In this document: positions 9,526 through 21,442 of the stretch, one piece after another
Numbering within the stretch: position 1 is the stretch's first letter
Layout: each line of letters begins with the position of its first letter
DNA from: Verrucomicrobiota bacterium
Lineage (GTDB): Bacteria; Verrucomicrobiota; Verrucomicrobiia; Opitutales; Cerasicoccaceae
Assembly (NCBI GenBank): GCA_039818205.1
Contig: JBCBUK010000006.1
Span: 192,001-256,000, forward strand
Length of the DNA: 64,000 bases
Direction of reading: 5' to 3'
Translations under genes and position numbers: made by a program
The notes under the pieces: model-generated
What the model saw: only the letters and a program-made list of their open reading frames with translations
What the model was told of the DNA's origin: nothing
Databases searched by the model: none

Positions 9526-10407
9526 TTATTGGCTACCGAGCGAGTTGGAGTCGACGGGCTTGTAGGCGCGTATCCAGTCGATACGCATCGCATTCTTCTC
9601 GGGATCGAGGAGTTCTGCCTCAGTAGGGATGTTGCCCTCATTGACGCGATAGTCTTTGTTCTCAGTGACGATGACGAGGGTCATGATACCGTTCAAACCA
9701 GTGCCATCAGTCAATCCCCTGGGGTCGATCATACTCTCGCCGGATGCGGTTTCGATGAGTTCGCCATTTACATAGTACTCAATGGTCCACGGGTCCCGCC
9801 AGAAAATGCCCACGCGGTTGTAGCTATCGGACCATTTTCCGCCGTCGGGATGAAGGTGCCATGTGTTTGGGCCTTCCGGTTGGAAGAAGCCGCCCGGGCT
9901 ATTTAAACCGTGGGCCAAATGAAGTCGTGTTGCATTCCATGATTCACCGCGGCGATCGCTGCCGATGGCTTCGTAGATTTTTACTTCCTTGTGCTTCCTC
10001 TCATTTAGTAGTTTCACCGATGAGACGTTGGGGAGGCGGTTATTTTTAACCATGATCTCGAAGAAAACCGGGTACTCGAATTGCTCTTTCGAGTAAATTC
10101 CTCCGGCGTAGATTTTGGTGGCGACAGGCCCAGGGCTTGAAAGGAGCTTTAGTTTCCCGCGATGTGTGGAGACATTATCATCGGCTGCTATCGTTCCCCC
10201 CGTTTGTTGCAGAAGGCCGTGCTTCCACCGCCGATGGAATTCGGCGGAATCGGTTTCGTAGTTGAAGTCGTCGGAGATGGGTAGGAGTTGCCACTCCATT
10301 CCAGGTCCGGGATCAGTCGGAACTGGGTAGGAATCCCAGTCGTTGGCCAAGGTGGATTTGGCGAGCAGAAGCGCGGTAGCGAGTACGAGGAGGCCGGAGC
10401 AATTCAT
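9526..10407 (-). CDS. Secreted GH16 beta-agarase-like protein with an altered catalytic motif
   Basis: Signal peptide. Agarase scaffold motifs WDSYPVP, SDDFNY, YPVFFE, GIFWRDPWTIEYYVNG, IDP..TDGTGL, DWIRAYKPV. The catalytic segment reads EVKIYEAIGSDR. Confidence 0.85.
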   Translation of the reverse strand: MNCSGLLVLATALLLAKSTLANDWDSYPVPTDPGPGMEWQLLPISDDFNYETDSAEFHRRWKHGLLQQTGGTIAADDNVSTHRGKLKLLSSPGPVATKIYAGGIYSKEQFEYPVFFEIMVKNNRLPNVSSVKLLNERKHKEVKIYEAIGSDRRGESWNATRLHLAHGLNSPGGFFQPEGPNTWHLHPDGGKWSDSYNRVGIFWRDPWTIEYYVNGELIETASGESMIDPRGLTDGTGLNGIMTLVIVTENKDYRVNEGNIPTEAELLDPEKNAMRIDWIRAYKPVDSNSLGSQ

Positions 10408-10562
10408 AATAGATCGGTGATTATCGAATTTTGCTCTTGGGATGTATCAAACCAGGGGAATTGTTCTATCGACCCATTTCGGTTACGCTTAAGTACAACG
10501 GGAACCCTTGAGCAACGTTCTATCACTTGCTCCACAATTGAAAAGCCTGGCTGTCGCGTCTG

Positions 10563-11654
10563 CTAGGAAACCTCGTATGGCTTGAGCTTGTCCCAATCAA
10601 ACGTTACGCCAGTGCCGGGCTCATCCGAGGCTACCGCACGAGCATCCTTGGCCACGAGTGGCCGTGTGGTGTACTGGTCAATCGGGAAGCTGTGAACCTC
10701 GAGCCAGCCGGCATCAGGTTGGGACGACAGCAAGCTTACGTGAAGCTCCTGCATACCGTGGGTGCAGACCGTTACCCCGTGTTGGTGGGCGAGTTTGGCC
10801 GCTGCAAGCCAACCGGTTACTCCGCCGCAGTTTGACGCGTCGGGTTGAATGTAACTGAGCTTGGATTGTTCCAGTGCGTAGCCAAATTCATGGATGGTGT
10901 GGAGGTTCTCGCCCATGGCCAACGGCACACCCGTCGCATCGACGATTTGGGCGAAGCCCTGGTAGTTGTCCGGGATGATTGGTTCTTCGAACCAGAGTAT
11001 ATCGTACTCGGAAAACCCTTTCGCGGCTTCGATCGCCTGCTCCACGGTCAGGGAATAGTTGGCATCGACCATGAAGGTGATGTCTGGGCCGATGAGTTCG
11101 CGAACGGCCTTTGCGCGGTCGAGGTCTTCCTGTAGGTTCGGACGGCCGACTTTGATCTTCACGCCATTGTATCCAGCATCGAGGTAGCCGCGAATGTTAT
11201 TGAGTAACTTCTCGAGCGGGAATAGCAGATCGATACCGCCGCAATAAGCTTTGCAGGTATTGTCGGCACCGCCGGCCATCTTCCATAGGGGCTGACCTGC
11301 CTTCTTGCAGCGGATATCCCAAAGTGCGATGTCGATGGCCGAGACCGCGAAGGCGGCAATACCGCCTCGTGCGACATAGTGGACGTGCCATTCCATGAAG
11401 TCGTAGATCGCCTCGATGTCGTCGCCATCTTTGCCGATCAGGGCTTCTTGGAAATCGTGGTCCACCATGGCTTTTATGGCGTAGCCACCCTTGCCGCCGG
11501 TGTAGGTGTAGCCAGTGCCTTCGCTACCGTCATCCAGCTGGATGGTTACGGTGATTAACTCGAAGTGAGTATGGTCACCATGTTTTGCGTCGGTGAGAAC
11601 TTCAGCGAGCGGAACCTCGAACAGGCGAGTTTTAACGGAGGTAATTTTACTCAT
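10563..11654 (-). CDS. 3,6-anhydro-L-galactonate cycloisomerase (mandelate racemase subgroup, enolase superfamily)
   Basis: [51 protein letters not shown]. Immediately downstream of the AHG dehydrogenase. Confidence 0.87.
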   Translation of the reverse strand: MSKITSVKTRLFEVPLAEVLTDAKHGDHTHFELITVTIQLDDGSEGTGYTYTGGKGGYAIKAMVDHDFQEALIGKDGDDIEAIYDFMEWHVHYVARGGIAAFAVSAIDIALWDIRCKKAGQPLWKMAGGADNTCKAYCGGIDLLFPLEKLLNNIRGYLDAGYNGVKIKVGRPNLQEDLDRAKAVRELIGPDITFMVDANYSLTVEQAIEAAKGFSEYDILWFEEPIIPDNYQGFAQIVDATGVPLAMGENLHTIHEFGYALEQSKLSYIQPDASNCGGVTGWLAAAKLAHQHGVTVCTHGMQELHVSLLSSQPDAGWLEVHSFPIDQYTTRPLVAKDARAVASDEPGTGVTFDWDKLKPYEVS

Positions 11655-11679
11655 CGTTTTGCGATTGATCAGGCAAGAC

Positions 11680-13140
11680 CTACTTGAAGTTTACGTAGAA
11701 GGTTTTCTTTTCCAAGTATTGTTCGAAGCCATACTTGCCATCTTCGCCGCCCGTGCCACTCAGCTTATAGCCGTTGTGGAAGCCCTGGTGTTGTTCACCG
11801 TGGCCGCGGTTGATGTAGATTTCGCCGCACTCCAGTTCGTCGTTAAGCTTTAGAATCTTTTGCATGCTTTGAGTAAAGACCATGGCAGCGAGCCCGTATT
11901 CACAATCATTGGCGTAGCCAATGGCCTCGTCCATTGTTTTGAATTTGATGATCGGCAAGATCGGGCCGAAGGATTCTTCGTGGACGATGGTCATGTCTTG
12001 GGAGACATCAGTCAAAACGGTGGGCTCAAACCAGTTACCGTTTTCAAAGGCGTCACCTTCGGGGCGCTTGCCACCACTGGCGAGGGTGGCTCCTTCCTCA
12101 AGACTCATCATCACCAGGCGCTCCATATTCTCGAGTTCCCGCGAATTGACTTTGGGGCCCATGTCGCTGTCCTCGGACATTGGATCGCCGACCTTGAGGC
12201 CCTTTACCTTAGGGATGAACTTCTCCATGAACTCATCGTAGATCGATTCATGAAGGTAGAGTCGCTCGTTGCAGGTGCAGACCTGTCCACAGTTGTCGAA
12301 CCGGGAGTGAAGGGCCGAGTCGGTGGCGGCGTCAATATCGGCATCTTCGAACACGATGAACGGAGCTTTGCCACCGAGTTCCAGCTGCACGTGGGCCATG
12401 TTGTCCGCAGTTGCCTTAATGATTGCCTGTCCGGCAGGTGTGCTTCCGGTCATTGTCACCATATTCGTAATTGGATGCCGGCAGAGGGCATCACCCATGG
12501 TGCGGCCGGGTCCGGTGACGATATTCAATACACCGTCGGGGATCCCTGCAGCTTTTGCGAGATCGGCAAGCTCCAATGTCGCCAGAGGCGTCTCCGAAGT
12601 CGGCTTTACCACGATGGTGTTTCCGGCAACAAGTGCGGGGCCAATTTTGCGACCGGCTAATGCCAAAGGAAAGTTCCATGCCGTGATTGCCACGACGACT
12701 CCACGTGGATTCTTGTGAATCCAGATGTGTTCATCGGCGTTGTCGGACTTGACGATGTCACCGTCCATACTGCGAGCCCACTCGCAGGCATATTCGATAA
12801 ATGAGCAGGTGACATCGACTTCCATGCGAGCCACCTTGAGCAGCTTGCCTTGCTCGTGGACAAGCAGTTCGGCTAGTCTTTCGCGGTTTTCGCGAATCTT
12901 GGCAACGAACTCGCGAAGGATCTCGGCACGTTGACGCGGCGGTTTGGCCCGCCAGGCCGGAAAGGCATCTTCGGCAGCCTCGAGAGCCAGCAGCGCATCG
13001 GCCTCATTGCCATCCTCGATTTGAGCGATGACCTCATTGGTCGACGGATTTAATACGTCTTCGGTGTTACCGGAGCTTGAGGGGGTCCACTCTCCATTGA
13101 TGAAGAGTTGGTAGCTAGGGAGATCTGGTTGTGCACTCAT
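11680..13140 (-). CDS. 3,6-anhydro-L-galactose dehydrogenase (ALDH)
   Basis: [73 protein letters not shown]. In an operon with the cycloisomerase and GH2. Confidence 0.87.
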   Translation of the reverse strand: MSAQPDLPSYQLFINGEWTPSSSGNTEDVLNPSTNEVIAQIEDGNEADALLALEAAEDAFPAWRAKPPRQRAEILREFVAKIRENRERLAELLVHEQGKLLKVARMEVDVTCSFIEYACEWARSMDGDIVKSDNADEHIWIHKNPRGVVVAITAWNFPLALAGRKIGPALVAGNTIVVKPTSETPLATLELADLAKAAGIPDGVLNIVTGPGRTMGDALCRHPITNMVTMTGSTPAGQAIIKATADNMAHVQLELGGKAPFIVFEDADIDAATDSALHSRFDNCGQVCTCNERLYLHESIYDEFMEKFIPKVKGLKVGDPMSEDSDMGPKVNSRELENMERLVMMSLEEGATLASGGKRPEGDAFENGNWFEPTVLTDVSQDMTIVHEESFGPILPIIKFKTMDEAIGYANDCEYGLAAMVFTQSMQKILKLNDELECGEIYINRGHGEQHQGFHNGYKLSGTGGEDGKYGFEQYLEKKTFYVNFK

Positions 13141-13169
13141 TTTCTGAATTGGATTTGCTTGGGGTGAAA

Positions 13170-15536
13170 TTATTCAAAGTCCCAGAGTTGGGGGAAGTAG
13201 CGATAGTAGCTCTTGCCGTAGGAGTTTGCCGAGGCGTTGACCTTCTCATGCATTTCCTTGCAAAACTTCTTGGCCTCTTCTTGGTCGCCAACGAGCAGCG
13301 TATGCCAGTTGTCGCAAAGCAGTTCTCCGTCTTCGGAGACAAGCTGCATCTGCACCGTGAAGTTCTGGTTGGTTTCGCCTTCGACGAGCCAGTTGACGCG
13401 TTTGACCTCGACCGAGCTGTCGGCCGCGATGTCGACTGTCATGCTTTCCTCCAGGCAAACTTCGCCTTGAGGGTTCGTAATGGTCCAGCGAAGCGTTGCA
13501 CCTGGTAGATCTTCATGGCGATCGTTAACGACCCATAGGCCAGCATCAAAGTCCTTGCCCGCGTTCCAGCGGCGCTTGGTGTATTCGAGGCTGACGAGCA
13601 CGGGTTGGTAGGCGCGCTTGACGTAATCGAAGGCGAGTTTCTTTTCGCCATAGTAGTCGATGATACCCCACTTGATGTCCGGCATATGCGTCATGAAGTG
13701 GCAAAGGGATACGCAGCTGACGCGTGGCTTCCGGCGACGGAAATGCTCGAGCGCAAACTGGGCAATGATGCCGTGGGCCGTTTGCGTTGCCTCAACAAAG
13801 TCTTCGAGCGAGTCGCAGCGGAGCTCGCCGAACACCTCAACGTTGAGAACTTTCAGGATGTCGATATCGGCCCAGTGATAGCCCCAGCTCGGTCCCATTG
13901 GCCAGAGTTCGTCTTCTGGAATAAATTTTTTCAGGCTCTCGACCGATGGTGCGGACGCAGCGGTCAATTCCGGGATGACGCAGTAGTCGAGGTTCGGATA
14001 ATAATCCTCCATCAGCAGGAGGCCCGCCGCATAGTAGTGTTCATTGGCGTGGGAGGACTCTTTGGGCTTGTAGCCAAGGAGTTGGCCAAACTCGCCGCTC
14101 ATGGGTGAGGCGACAGCGTAGGGAATATTGGTTACCTGGCGAACGGCGTCACCGATGGTTTCCATGATCAGCTTGTTGTCGCTCTCAACGTGAGCATTGG
14201 AGAAGAACACTTCTTCGCCGCCCATGAACATGATGCATGACGGGTGATTGCGTCGTTGCTCAACAATCTGGACACATTCGTCGACCGCTGGGTGAAGGAC
14301 TTCTGGGTCGGCTTTGTAGGCCTGAGTCGCGAAACAGAAATTGGTCCACACCGTGATGCCTAACCGGTCGCACAGCTCGTAGAAGTAGGGAACCTCTGGC
14401 GGATGCCAGCCGAAGATGCGAAGGTTGTTGACGTTTGCCTCTTTGACTAACTTCAAGCGAAGATCATATTTCTCATCGCGGTTGCGACCATAGAGCATCG
14501 AAGGTGGGCCGCTCCAGCAGTTTGAGCGGAGAAAGTGTCGCTTGCCGTTGATCTCAAAGGTCCAATCGTTTTCGACTTCTTCTTCGGTAAATCCTGGGTT
14601 GCGCGACATGGTGATCTCGCGGATGCCAAACACTTCTTTGTGTTCGTCTTGCTCCTCGCCGTCGGCGGTCAACTGGATTGAAAGCTCGTAAAGGTTCTGA
14701 TCACCCATATCCCACGGCCACCAGAGCTTGGCTTGAGAGACTGGGATCTGGACACTGACCGTGTTTGGCCCCGGTGCAAGGCGGGCAGTTGTCTGGTGAG
14801 TGATGGGCTCTCCTTCGAAATTTTCGCCTTCGAGGGTGAAGCTAAGCTGAACGTCGACCGGGGCGTCCGTTTTACTCGTTGCCTCGACTTGGATCGTAGC
14901 GACCGCGTCGTCGCCCGTGACCTTGGACTCAATTCGAGTTTTCTGGATGCGTTGTTTACCGGTAGCTCGGACCTTGATGGGCTGCCAGATGCCGAGCGGA
15001 ACCACGTCGGGCATGTAGTCGCCTCCGAAGCAGAACTTACGACCCATGACAGGGCGGTGGTTGCGGGGTGGGGGATCGAGCTTGATCATCAGGATGTTGC
15101 AGCCCTCGCTCCACTTTTCAAAGCGAACGAAGCGAGTGACATCGAACTCAAAATGGGAGAACATGCCTTCGTGGCGTCCAAGGTAGTGGCCGTTGACCCA
15201 AGCCTCGCAGCTGTAGTCGACGCCTTCGAAACAAACACTGATCTCCTTCCCTTGTAATTCTTCAGGGGTGTCAAACTTGGTGATGTACCACCACTCGTAT
15301 TCTTGGACCCATTTGGCTCGACCGAAGTTGCGGCCGAAGTAGGGGTCATCAATTTCGCCAGCGCGCTGCAGGTCGGTGTAAACGTCGCCAGGAACACATC
15401 CTTGGTTCCAGTTGAAAAAGGTCCCTTGGTATTCGGAGGCAAGCTCGTGAAAGCCTTCTTTCACTCCTTGGCCAGGGCGGATGCGTTGCATTTTCCAGTG
15501 GTTGCCACTCAGGTCGATTTCGATGCGGGAACTCAT
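13170..15536 (-). CDS. GH2 glycosidase (beta-mannosidase-like clade), likely cytoplasmic agarolytic beta-galactosidase
   Basis: [67 protein letters not shown]. No signal peptide. Specificity inferred from context. Confidence 0.8.
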   Translation of the reverse strand: MSSRIEIDLSGNHWKMQRIRPGQGVKEGFHELASEYQGTFFNWNQGCVPGDVYTDLQRAGEIDDPYFGRNFGRAKWVQEYEWWYITKFDTPEELQGKEISVCFEGVDYSCEAWVNGHYLGRHEGMFSHFEFDVTRFVRFEKWSEGCNILMIKLDPPPRNHRPVMGRKFCFGGDYMPDVVPLGIWQPIKVRATGKQRIQKTRIESKVTGDDAVATIQVEATSKTDAPVDVQLSFTLEGENFEGEPITHQTTARLAPGPNTVSVQIPVSQAKLWWPWDMGDQNLYELSIQLTADGEEQDEHKEVFGIREITMSRNPGFTEEEVENDWTFEINGKRHFLRSNCWSGPPSMLYGRNRDEKYDLRLKLVKEANVNNLRIFGWHPPEVPYFYELCDRLGITVWTNFCFATQAYKADPEVLHPAVDECVQIVEQRRNHPSCIMFMGGEEVFFSNAHVESDNKLIMETIGDAVRQVTNIPYAVASPMSGEFGQLLGYKPKESSHANEHYYAAGLLLMEDYYPNLDYCVIPELTAASAPSVESLKKFIPEDELWPMGPSWGYHWADIDILKVLNVEVFGELRCDSLEDFVEATQTAHGIIAQFALEHFRRRKPRVSCVSLCHFMTHMPDIKWGIIDYYGEKKLAFDYVKRAYQPVLVSLEYTKRRWNAGKDFDAGLWVVNDRHEDLPGATLRWTITNPQGEVCLEESMTVDIAADSSVEVKRVNWLVEGETNQNFTVQMQLVSEDGELLCDNWHTLLVGDQEEAKKFCKEMHEKVNASANSYGKSYYRYFPQLWDFE

Positions 15537-16086
15537 TTGCGTGGGGATATTCTAGTGTTTGGTTCGATCGATCGGAAAAGATCTAGATCAGTCGATTCAT
15601 TACCATAATCGATTTTATCGGATTTGGGAATGGATGGATTGGATTTATCTTTGTAGAAAATGGTATTTGATTGTCTCTTGGGTGGGGGCATGTTTTGGAT
15701 GGTCACGTCGTTTCTCGTTACCGGCTATACCTCGCCTAAAAACCCACGAAGATTGCGTTAAAGCCATGATTTGGGTTGAGGTGCTCGTCGTTATCGAGGC
15801 GATTTTACACGAGAGTAAATGGTTCGAAATAATCAGAATATTTGTGGTATTTGGGATATTGGACAAGGATTCGCTATCTTAAGATATTCCATTTTGCTTG
15901 CTTCAGACGGGTCGTTTTTTGACCTGAAAGGGATAGCGTTTATTCGATCTATTCAGAGATTCCGACGGTTAATTCCTATCAGATTCTCTGGATCAATTTC
16001 TTGAGATTCTTTTCTGCCTATTACGAATGCCGTGCTCCCGTGTGAAGCGTCTGACCCTAACAGTTATCTTTTTACACGATTAAGTT
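15537..16086. promoter_or_regulatory. Divergent control region between the AHG operon and the GH86-sulfatase operon
   Basis: 550-nt AT-rich gap between divergent starts. Palindromes CGATCGATCG (15565-15574), GATCTAGATC (15580-15589), AATCGATT (15607-15614) and TATCTTAAGATA (15875-15886). Confidence 0.6.
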
Positions 16087-17940
16087 ATGAAAAACAGTAT
16101 ATGGATTTTGGCATCGCTTGTTCCGGTGATCTTGGTTGCTGAGAAGACCGATCAGGTTGACGTTCGGTTGGAACCGACGGTAATTCGAAACATTGGCGGT
16201 GTGACCGAGTTTGATCGCGATCAGTTTGTCACCGTGCACGAGTCATTTGGCTCGACCGATTTGGCGGAAGAAGATCTCGATTTCATGGAGAACGTGCTTG
16301 AGGCTCGATATGGCCGCGACGGTGGTTTGCTTTCTTGGCAAGCTCCCAACGTAAAAGCGGATCCAAACAATCCGGATATGCCGGATGTTGAGGAGGTGAA
16401 GCGCGTCGCAAAAGAATATCGTGCGGAATATGACGGCCGTCGGATGACTCCTAGGCACATGCGCGAAGTAGTATTGTGCACGCATCCGGAGTTAATGCAT
16501 GCGATGGCTGCGAATTCGCATGCTGAATGGGGCCCGCGGACTAATGAAGGGATCGCGGAGTACACTGCTCAGTTCATGAAACATGCGTTCGACGACAATG
16601 ACCGCCCAAAGTATCTCGAGGTGTTTAACGAGCCATTTGTTAAAGCTAAGAAGATTGGAACGACGGTTGAGGCACTGTCGGAGCAGCACAACGTAGTGGC
16701 AAAGCGCGTTAAGGAACTCAATCCCGACGTCATGGTCGGTGGTTATGCGGCGGCCTGGATCGAAGTCGAAGACCGCAATTTTGATCATTGGGACGGCTGG
16801 CAAAAGACTTTCATGGATATTGCCGGTGAGAATATGGATTTCTTTTCCTACCATATCTATGACGGGGTAAACGTGCAGGGGTCACCCCGTGTGCGAACTG
16901 GGAGCAATTCCGAGGCAATTATGGATTTGATCGACTCCTATAGCCATATGAAGTTTGGCGTGGCGAAGCCGATCCTGATTACTGAATACGGCAAGATCCC
17001 GGAAGGTAACATGGGTATGATGGCTTATGATCCTGCACGTTCCGCGGGCATGCTTTACTCAATCAATGGTCAACACATGACCTACATGGACCACCCGGAT
17101 CGCATCTTGAAAGCGATTCCGTTTGTCTTGGGCAAGGCGGAATGGACTTATGTGCTGAAGGGCGAAGGGAAGCCCGGTGAGGCCAACGTATTTTTGCTCT
17201 GGCGTCGCGATGAGGACGGCGAGTATGTGACCACGGACCTGACCTTGTTCTACGAATTCTGGAAAGGTATTGAAGGTGAATGGCGGATGAGTGAGAGCTC
17301 TAACCCAGATGTCCGAGTTCACTTGTTGGCCGATGATAATCAACTGGTGGTCGCCTTGGCCAACCTTGATCACGCGCCGAAGACGGTCAACCTTTCGGGC
17401 CTCGAGAATGTGAAGGCCAAGTCGGTTGAGTTGCGTCAGCTTACCACGCACACAGACCTTCCACTGGTCGCGAGCCGCTCGTTGGATCGTATTCCAAGCA
17501 GCGTTGAATTGGCCGATGGTATGGGCGCTATTTTGGTGATCGATCTAGAAGAGCCGATCAATGCGAAGAGCATGGTTAAAGAGCATCGGATTTACGCAAC
17601 CGACTACCTGCAGGACATTGTCGCGGATCAGCCCATTGAATTTCGTTTCGTCGATACGCCAACGGGTGCGGGTTCTGCAATTCTCCGAATGTCGCCTGGT
17701 CGCGAGTTGGGTAAGGCCGTGTTGCCAACCTCGGTCACGTTGAATGGGCAAGCGCTGGAGCTGCCGAGCAACTGGGCTGGCGATGACCAAGCGGGCCGGA
17801 AAAATTTCTTTGGGATGATCGAGATTCCGGTTTCCATGGATCTTTTGAACGCTGAGAACGTCGTTGAGATTATCTACCCGGACACCGGAGGCAAGGTCGC
17901 CAGTGTTGTTCTTCAGGTCAACCGTGTCGAGTCGACCTAA
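16087..17940 (+). CDS. GH86 beta-porphyranase/agarase, secreted
   Basis: Signal peptide. [18 protein letters not shown], acid/base [18 protein letters not shown], nucleophile [16 protein letters not shown]. Confidence 0.83.
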   Translation: MKNSIWILASLVPVILVAEKTDQVDVRLEPTVIRNIGGVTEFDRDQFVTVHESFGSTDLAEEDLDFMENVLEARYGRDGGLLSWQAPNVKADPNNPDMPDVEEVKRVAKEYRAEYDGRRMTPRHMREVVLCTHPELMHAMAANSHAEWGPRTNEGIAEYTAQFMKHAFDDNDRPKYLEVFNEPFVKAKKIGTTVEALSEQHNVVAKRVKELNPDVMVGGYAAAWIEVEDRNFDHWDGWQKTFMDIAGENMDFFSYHIYDGVNVQGSPRVRTGSNSEAIMDLIDSYSHMKFGVAKPILITEYGKIPEGNMGMMAYDPARSAGMLYSINGQHMTYMDHPDRILKAIPFVLGKAEWTYVLKGEGKPGEANVFLLWRRDEDGEYVTTDLTLFYEFWKGIEGEWRMSESSNPDVRVHLLADDNQLVVALANLDHAPKTVNLSGLENVKAKSVELRQLTTHTDLPLVASRSLDRIPSSVELADGMGAILVIDLEEPINAKSMVKEHRIYATDYLQDIVADQPIEFRFVDTPTGAGSAILRMSPGRELGKAVLPTSVTLNGQALELPSNWAGDDQAGRKNFFGMIEIPVSMDLLNAENVVEIIYPDTGGKVASVVLQVNRVEST

Positions 17941-17984
17941 GGGTCGGTTCGAGTCCACCAAGCATTCCCATTGATTCCCCAATC

Positions 17985-19364
17985 ATGAAACCATTTGCCC
18001 TCTTCCTTATCGCTCTGTCTTTGAGCGTCAGTGCGTTTGCGAAGCAGCCCAACGTTATTGTGATCATGGCCGATGATCTCGGCTACGGTGATCTTGGCTT
18101 TACCGGGTCGAAAGAGATATTGACGCCCAACTTGGATCGCTTGGCGAAAGAGGGGGTTGAATGCACTTACGGTTACGTAACGCATCCTTACTGTGGGCCG
18201 TCACGGGCAGCGTTCTTGACTGGTCGCTATCAGCAGCGATTCGGGTTTGAGGCCAACCCACCGTATGCGCGTTTGAACAAGTATTCGGGCATGCCTGAAT
18301 CCGAGATCCTGATATCGCAGCGCTTGAAGAAGGAAGGATACAAAACGGGCATCGTGGGTAAGTGGCATATTGGGGCCCATGCAATCCATCATCCGAACAA
18401 TCGCGGGTTCGACTACTTTTTCGGTTTTCTTGGGGGTGGACACGATTTCTACCGGGTTGATAGTCGGAACCCGGTTGGCGAAGGCTACCTCGAACCGATG
18501 ATGGAGAACGGTAAGCCGGTGGATGTCGAAGGCTATCTGACGGACCAGCTGACTAACATCGCGATCAGTTTTATGGAACGCAACCAGAGCGAGCCTTTCT
18601 TTTTGTTCGTTTCCTATAATGCTCCGCACACGCCCTTACAGGCGCCTAAGGAAACGGTCGAAAAGTATGCTGGCCTGCCAAGCTGGGAGCGTCAGACTTA
18701 TGCGGCGATGGTCGACAATATGGATGAGAATATCGGCCGCATCGTTCAATCCACCGAGGATCTCGGCATCGCTAAGGATACACTGATTTTCTTCCTTAGT
18801 GACAATGGCGGACCGCGCCACTGGGATAAGTCTGAGCCGGCCTTCACCTCCAATGCGCCTTTTCGGGGGCATAAGGGAGCAACTTATGATGGCGGTGTCC
18901 ATGTGCCCTTCATTGCCTATTGGCCTGGTACGCTGCCTGCCGGTACGCAGTTTGACAAGCCAGTTGTTTCGATTGATATATCCCGCACGGCAATTGACTT
19001 AGCGGGTGCTGATGCCGAAGGAATGGAAGGGGTCAATTTGGTTCCGTTTTTGAGTGGGGAGACAACGGAGTCTCCGCATGAAGCCATTTACTTCCGTCGG
19101 CGCAATAACGCGGCTTGGGGAGTGGTGACCGATGATCACTACAAGTGGTTGAAGAACGACTGGGATCAGCCCAACGAACTGTATAACCTGAAAGCTGATC
19201 CGGCCGAACAAAATGACCTCATTGCATTGGAGCCCGAACGTGCGGCCACACTTGAAAAGAAGTGGAAAGCGTGGAACAAGGATAACATTCCATTCACGTT
19301 CTCGAGTTTCGAGCGCTACCACAAGCAGATGGATGATTTCTACAGAACCATGAAACCCGAATAA
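17985..19364 (+). CDS. Formylglycine-dependent (S1, Cys-type) sulfatase, secreted
   Basis: Signal peptide. [28 protein letters not shown] (CxPxR), [22 protein letters not shown]. Confidence 0.95.
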   Translation: MKPFALFLIALSLSVSAFAKQPNVIVIMADDLGYGDLGFTGSKEILTPNLDRLAKEGVECTYGYVTHPYCGPSRAAFLTGRYQQRFGFEANPPYARLNKYSGMPESEILISQRLKKEGYKTGIVGKWHIGAHAIHHPNNRGFDYFFGFLGGGHDFYRVDSRNPVGEGYLEPMMENGKPVDVEGYLTDQLTNIAISFMERNQSEPFFLFVSYNAPHTPLQAPKETVEKYAGLPSWERQTYAAMVDNMDENIGRIVQSTEDLGIAKDTLIFFLSDNGGPRHWDKSEPAFTSNAPFRGHKGATYDGGVHVPFIAYWPGTLPAGTQFDKPVVSIDISRTAIDLAGADAEGMEGVNLVPFLSGETTESPHEAIYFRRRNNAAWGVVTDDHYKWLKNDWDQPNELYNLKADPAEQNDLIALEPERAATLEKKWKAWNKDNIPFTFSSFERYHKQMDDFYRTMKPE

Positions 19365-19386
19365 GGAACTGTTCAACAGCAGCAAG

Positions 19387-21336
19387 ATGAAGTATCGATG
19401 GACAACCCTCACCGCGGCAACGCTCGTCAGCTTAAGCTGTCACGGCGAAGTCGAAGATAAGAAAACGACAACCCGTGCAGTCGATCTGAGTAAGCCTCAC
19501 ATCGTCATTGAGCCGGAAGTTACCCGAGCCGTCGGCGGAGTTTCCGAGGTTGATCGGGAGCGCTACTTCTCGGTGTGTGATCCGGGTACTGGGTTTGATA
19601 AGCGTATGTCTGGCGAAGGAGTTTACGACGAACTCGTCAATGAGCTTGGTGTTACCTTCGGCAGGCAGCTTGGTCCGGTTAAGTGGACGGCTTCTCAGTT
19701 GCCCGAGGATCCGGAGCGCCCCGGGTATGCTGATGTTTCAAGCTTGAAGGACAGGAAGCTGCCGAAACCTGGTGAGGCATTCTACGAAGCCTACAAGCCG
19801 AACCTCGATGTAGCGGCACACGGTAACCATAATGCTTATCCAGAGTATATGGGAAAGTATGAGCTGGAAGGGGCGAATTATCACGGTGACCCTGAGTGGA
19901 TTCCGGAGAACATTGATGCCGCGGCAGAACTGGCAGCGGCCGTGTTTCAGTATAACTACACGGACTTCGATCGCCCAAAGTATTTCGAGCCGCTCAATGA
20001 GCCACATTGGATGTATTTCTCTGACGAGCACATGGCAGCATGGCATCTGGCGGTAAAAGAAAAGATTCAGCAGACCATGCCTGAAGTTGAAGTCGGCGGT
20101 ATGTGTCAATCGGTGTCGTATTTCTTCCGCGACAACTACCAGAACTTCAATGGTATGAAGAATTTCTACGACAACACGGAAGGGAAAATGGATTTCTACT
20201 CCTTCCACTCCTACGACTACTTCAAGTGGGAGGATGACGACTTCCGGGGGCGTGTGCAGTCTGGTTCACCCTTGGAGGGCTCCTTGGATCTCCTGCAGAA
20301 CTACATCGTGCTGGAAGGTGGCGATGAGGTCGATGTTGTGATTAGTGAGCACGGTGGTTACGTTAATGTTCAGCCCAAGGGAATGTACGATGGTGAGGCC
20401 TTGGCTGCTGAGATCGCTGCAAAGCATTTTCCAGAAGAAACTTGGGAGAATGAGCTGAAGAAACGCTCGATTATCGGCTTTGCTCACGTCAGTTCGATTA
20501 TCGCGAATACACTTACGTTCATCGACCACCCACACACGGTTGTGAAGTCTGTTCCGTTTCTGTTGCCGAACACTTGGAACTGGGATGAAAAATACTATGC
20601 CGGTCTTTACGTTCCGGAAAACTACACGGACAAAACGAAGTGGGTCCCAACCACCATGCTCGACTTCTATAAGTTGTTTCGTGATGTGGATGGCCGCCGG
20701 GTAAAGGTGACTTCAAATGAACCAGACCTCCAAACAAGGGCCTTTGTTGATGGCTCGAAGTTGTTCTTGGTCGTGAACAACCAAAGCTGGCGCCCTGAAT
20801 CAGTTGACCTCTATGGTATCGAAGCGGATACGGTAAAAGTCCGCCGTTTTGGTCGCAACAAGGACTACACAGCCTACTATACTGAGGATGAAATTTCTAC
20901 GCCGGAAACGCTCAAGGTTGCTGGTCGCGAATCGATGGTAGTTATCGCTGAGTATGACGAGCCAATCTTAGAGACCGCTGCCGTTAACGAGGTTGTTTGC
21001 TATGCCGATAAGACTCGTCAGCCGCTGAAAGATGCAACGTTTAACATTACGGTGCCCGTTGATGAAGAGATTGATTACGCGGTGTTGCGAGTTGCCATGA
21101 CTCGTCCAAGTGGAATGAGCCACGAGCCGACGATTATCTTTAACGGCAAGGTGCTCGAGGTGCCCCTAGAGGATGCCGCTGATCGTTTTGACAAGGGTGA
21201 GTATGGCACTACGAAGTTTATTCAGTTGGATCCAGCTGATTTGCTCGCAGAAAACACCGTAACCGTTGGCTTTTCCGATAGCGGAGAAGGGGCGGTTGGA
21301 GCTGCAGTCATTCGTGCTGGTGTGAAGACTAAATAG
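19387..21336 (+). CDS. Second GH86 beta-porphyranase/agarase, possibly a lipoprotein
   Basis: [46 protein letters not shown]-terminus ends in LVSLSC, a possible lipobox. Confidence 0.8.
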   Translation: MKYRWTTLTAATLVSLSCHGEVEDKKTTTRAVDLSKPHIVIEPEVTRAVGGVSEVDRERYFSVCDPGTGFDKRMSGEGVYDELVNELGVTFGRQLGPVKWTASQLPEDPERPGYADVSSLKDRKLPKPGEAFYEAYKPNLDVAAHGNHNAYPEYMGKYELEGANYHGDPEWIPENIDAAAELAAAVFQYNYTDFDRPKYFEPLNEPHWMYFSDEHMAAWHLAVKEKIQQTMPEVEVGGMCQSVSYFFRDNYQNFNGMKNFYDNTEGKMDFYSFHSYDYFKWEDDDFRGRVQSGSPLEGSLDLLQNYIVLEGGDEVDVVISEHGGYVNVQPKGMYDGEALAAEIAAKHFPEETWENELKKRSIIGFAHVSSIIANTLTFIDHPHTVVKSVPFLLPNTWNWDEKYYAGLYVPENYTDKTKWVPTTMLDFYKLFRDVDGRRVKVTSNEPDLQTRAFVDGSKLFLVVNNQSWRPESVDLYGIEADTVKVRRFGRNKDYTAYYTEDEISTPETLKVAGRESMVVIAEYDEPILETAAVNEVVCYADKTRQPLKDATFNITVPVDEEIDYAVLRVAMTRPSGMSHEPTIIFNGKVLEVPLEDAADRFDKGEYGTTKFIQLDPADLLAENTVTVGFSDSGEGAVGAAVIRAGVKTK

Positions 21337-21369
21337 CATTACGAGACCGATCAATAGTCATTGAATTTC

Positions 21370-21406
21370 AAGAGCATGCTGTCTCATTTTGAGCGGCATG
21401 CTTTTT
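21370..21406 (+). terminator. Intrinsic terminator of the GH86 operon
   Basis: AAGAGCATGCTG...CGGCATGCTTTT stem with G-U pairs, followed by a T run. Confidence 0.75.
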
Positions 21407-21442
21407 CGTTGTGTGTCTGTAGTTCTCACATAGGATGATTGA

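Noticed and set aside
11860..12660. 266-aa plus-strand ORF
   Set aside because: Antisense shadow of the AHG dehydrogenase with no recognisable motifs.
15559..16004. Three short ORFs in the divergent gap
   Set aside because: Mutually overlapping, atypical composition and no motifs. More simply read as promoter DNA.
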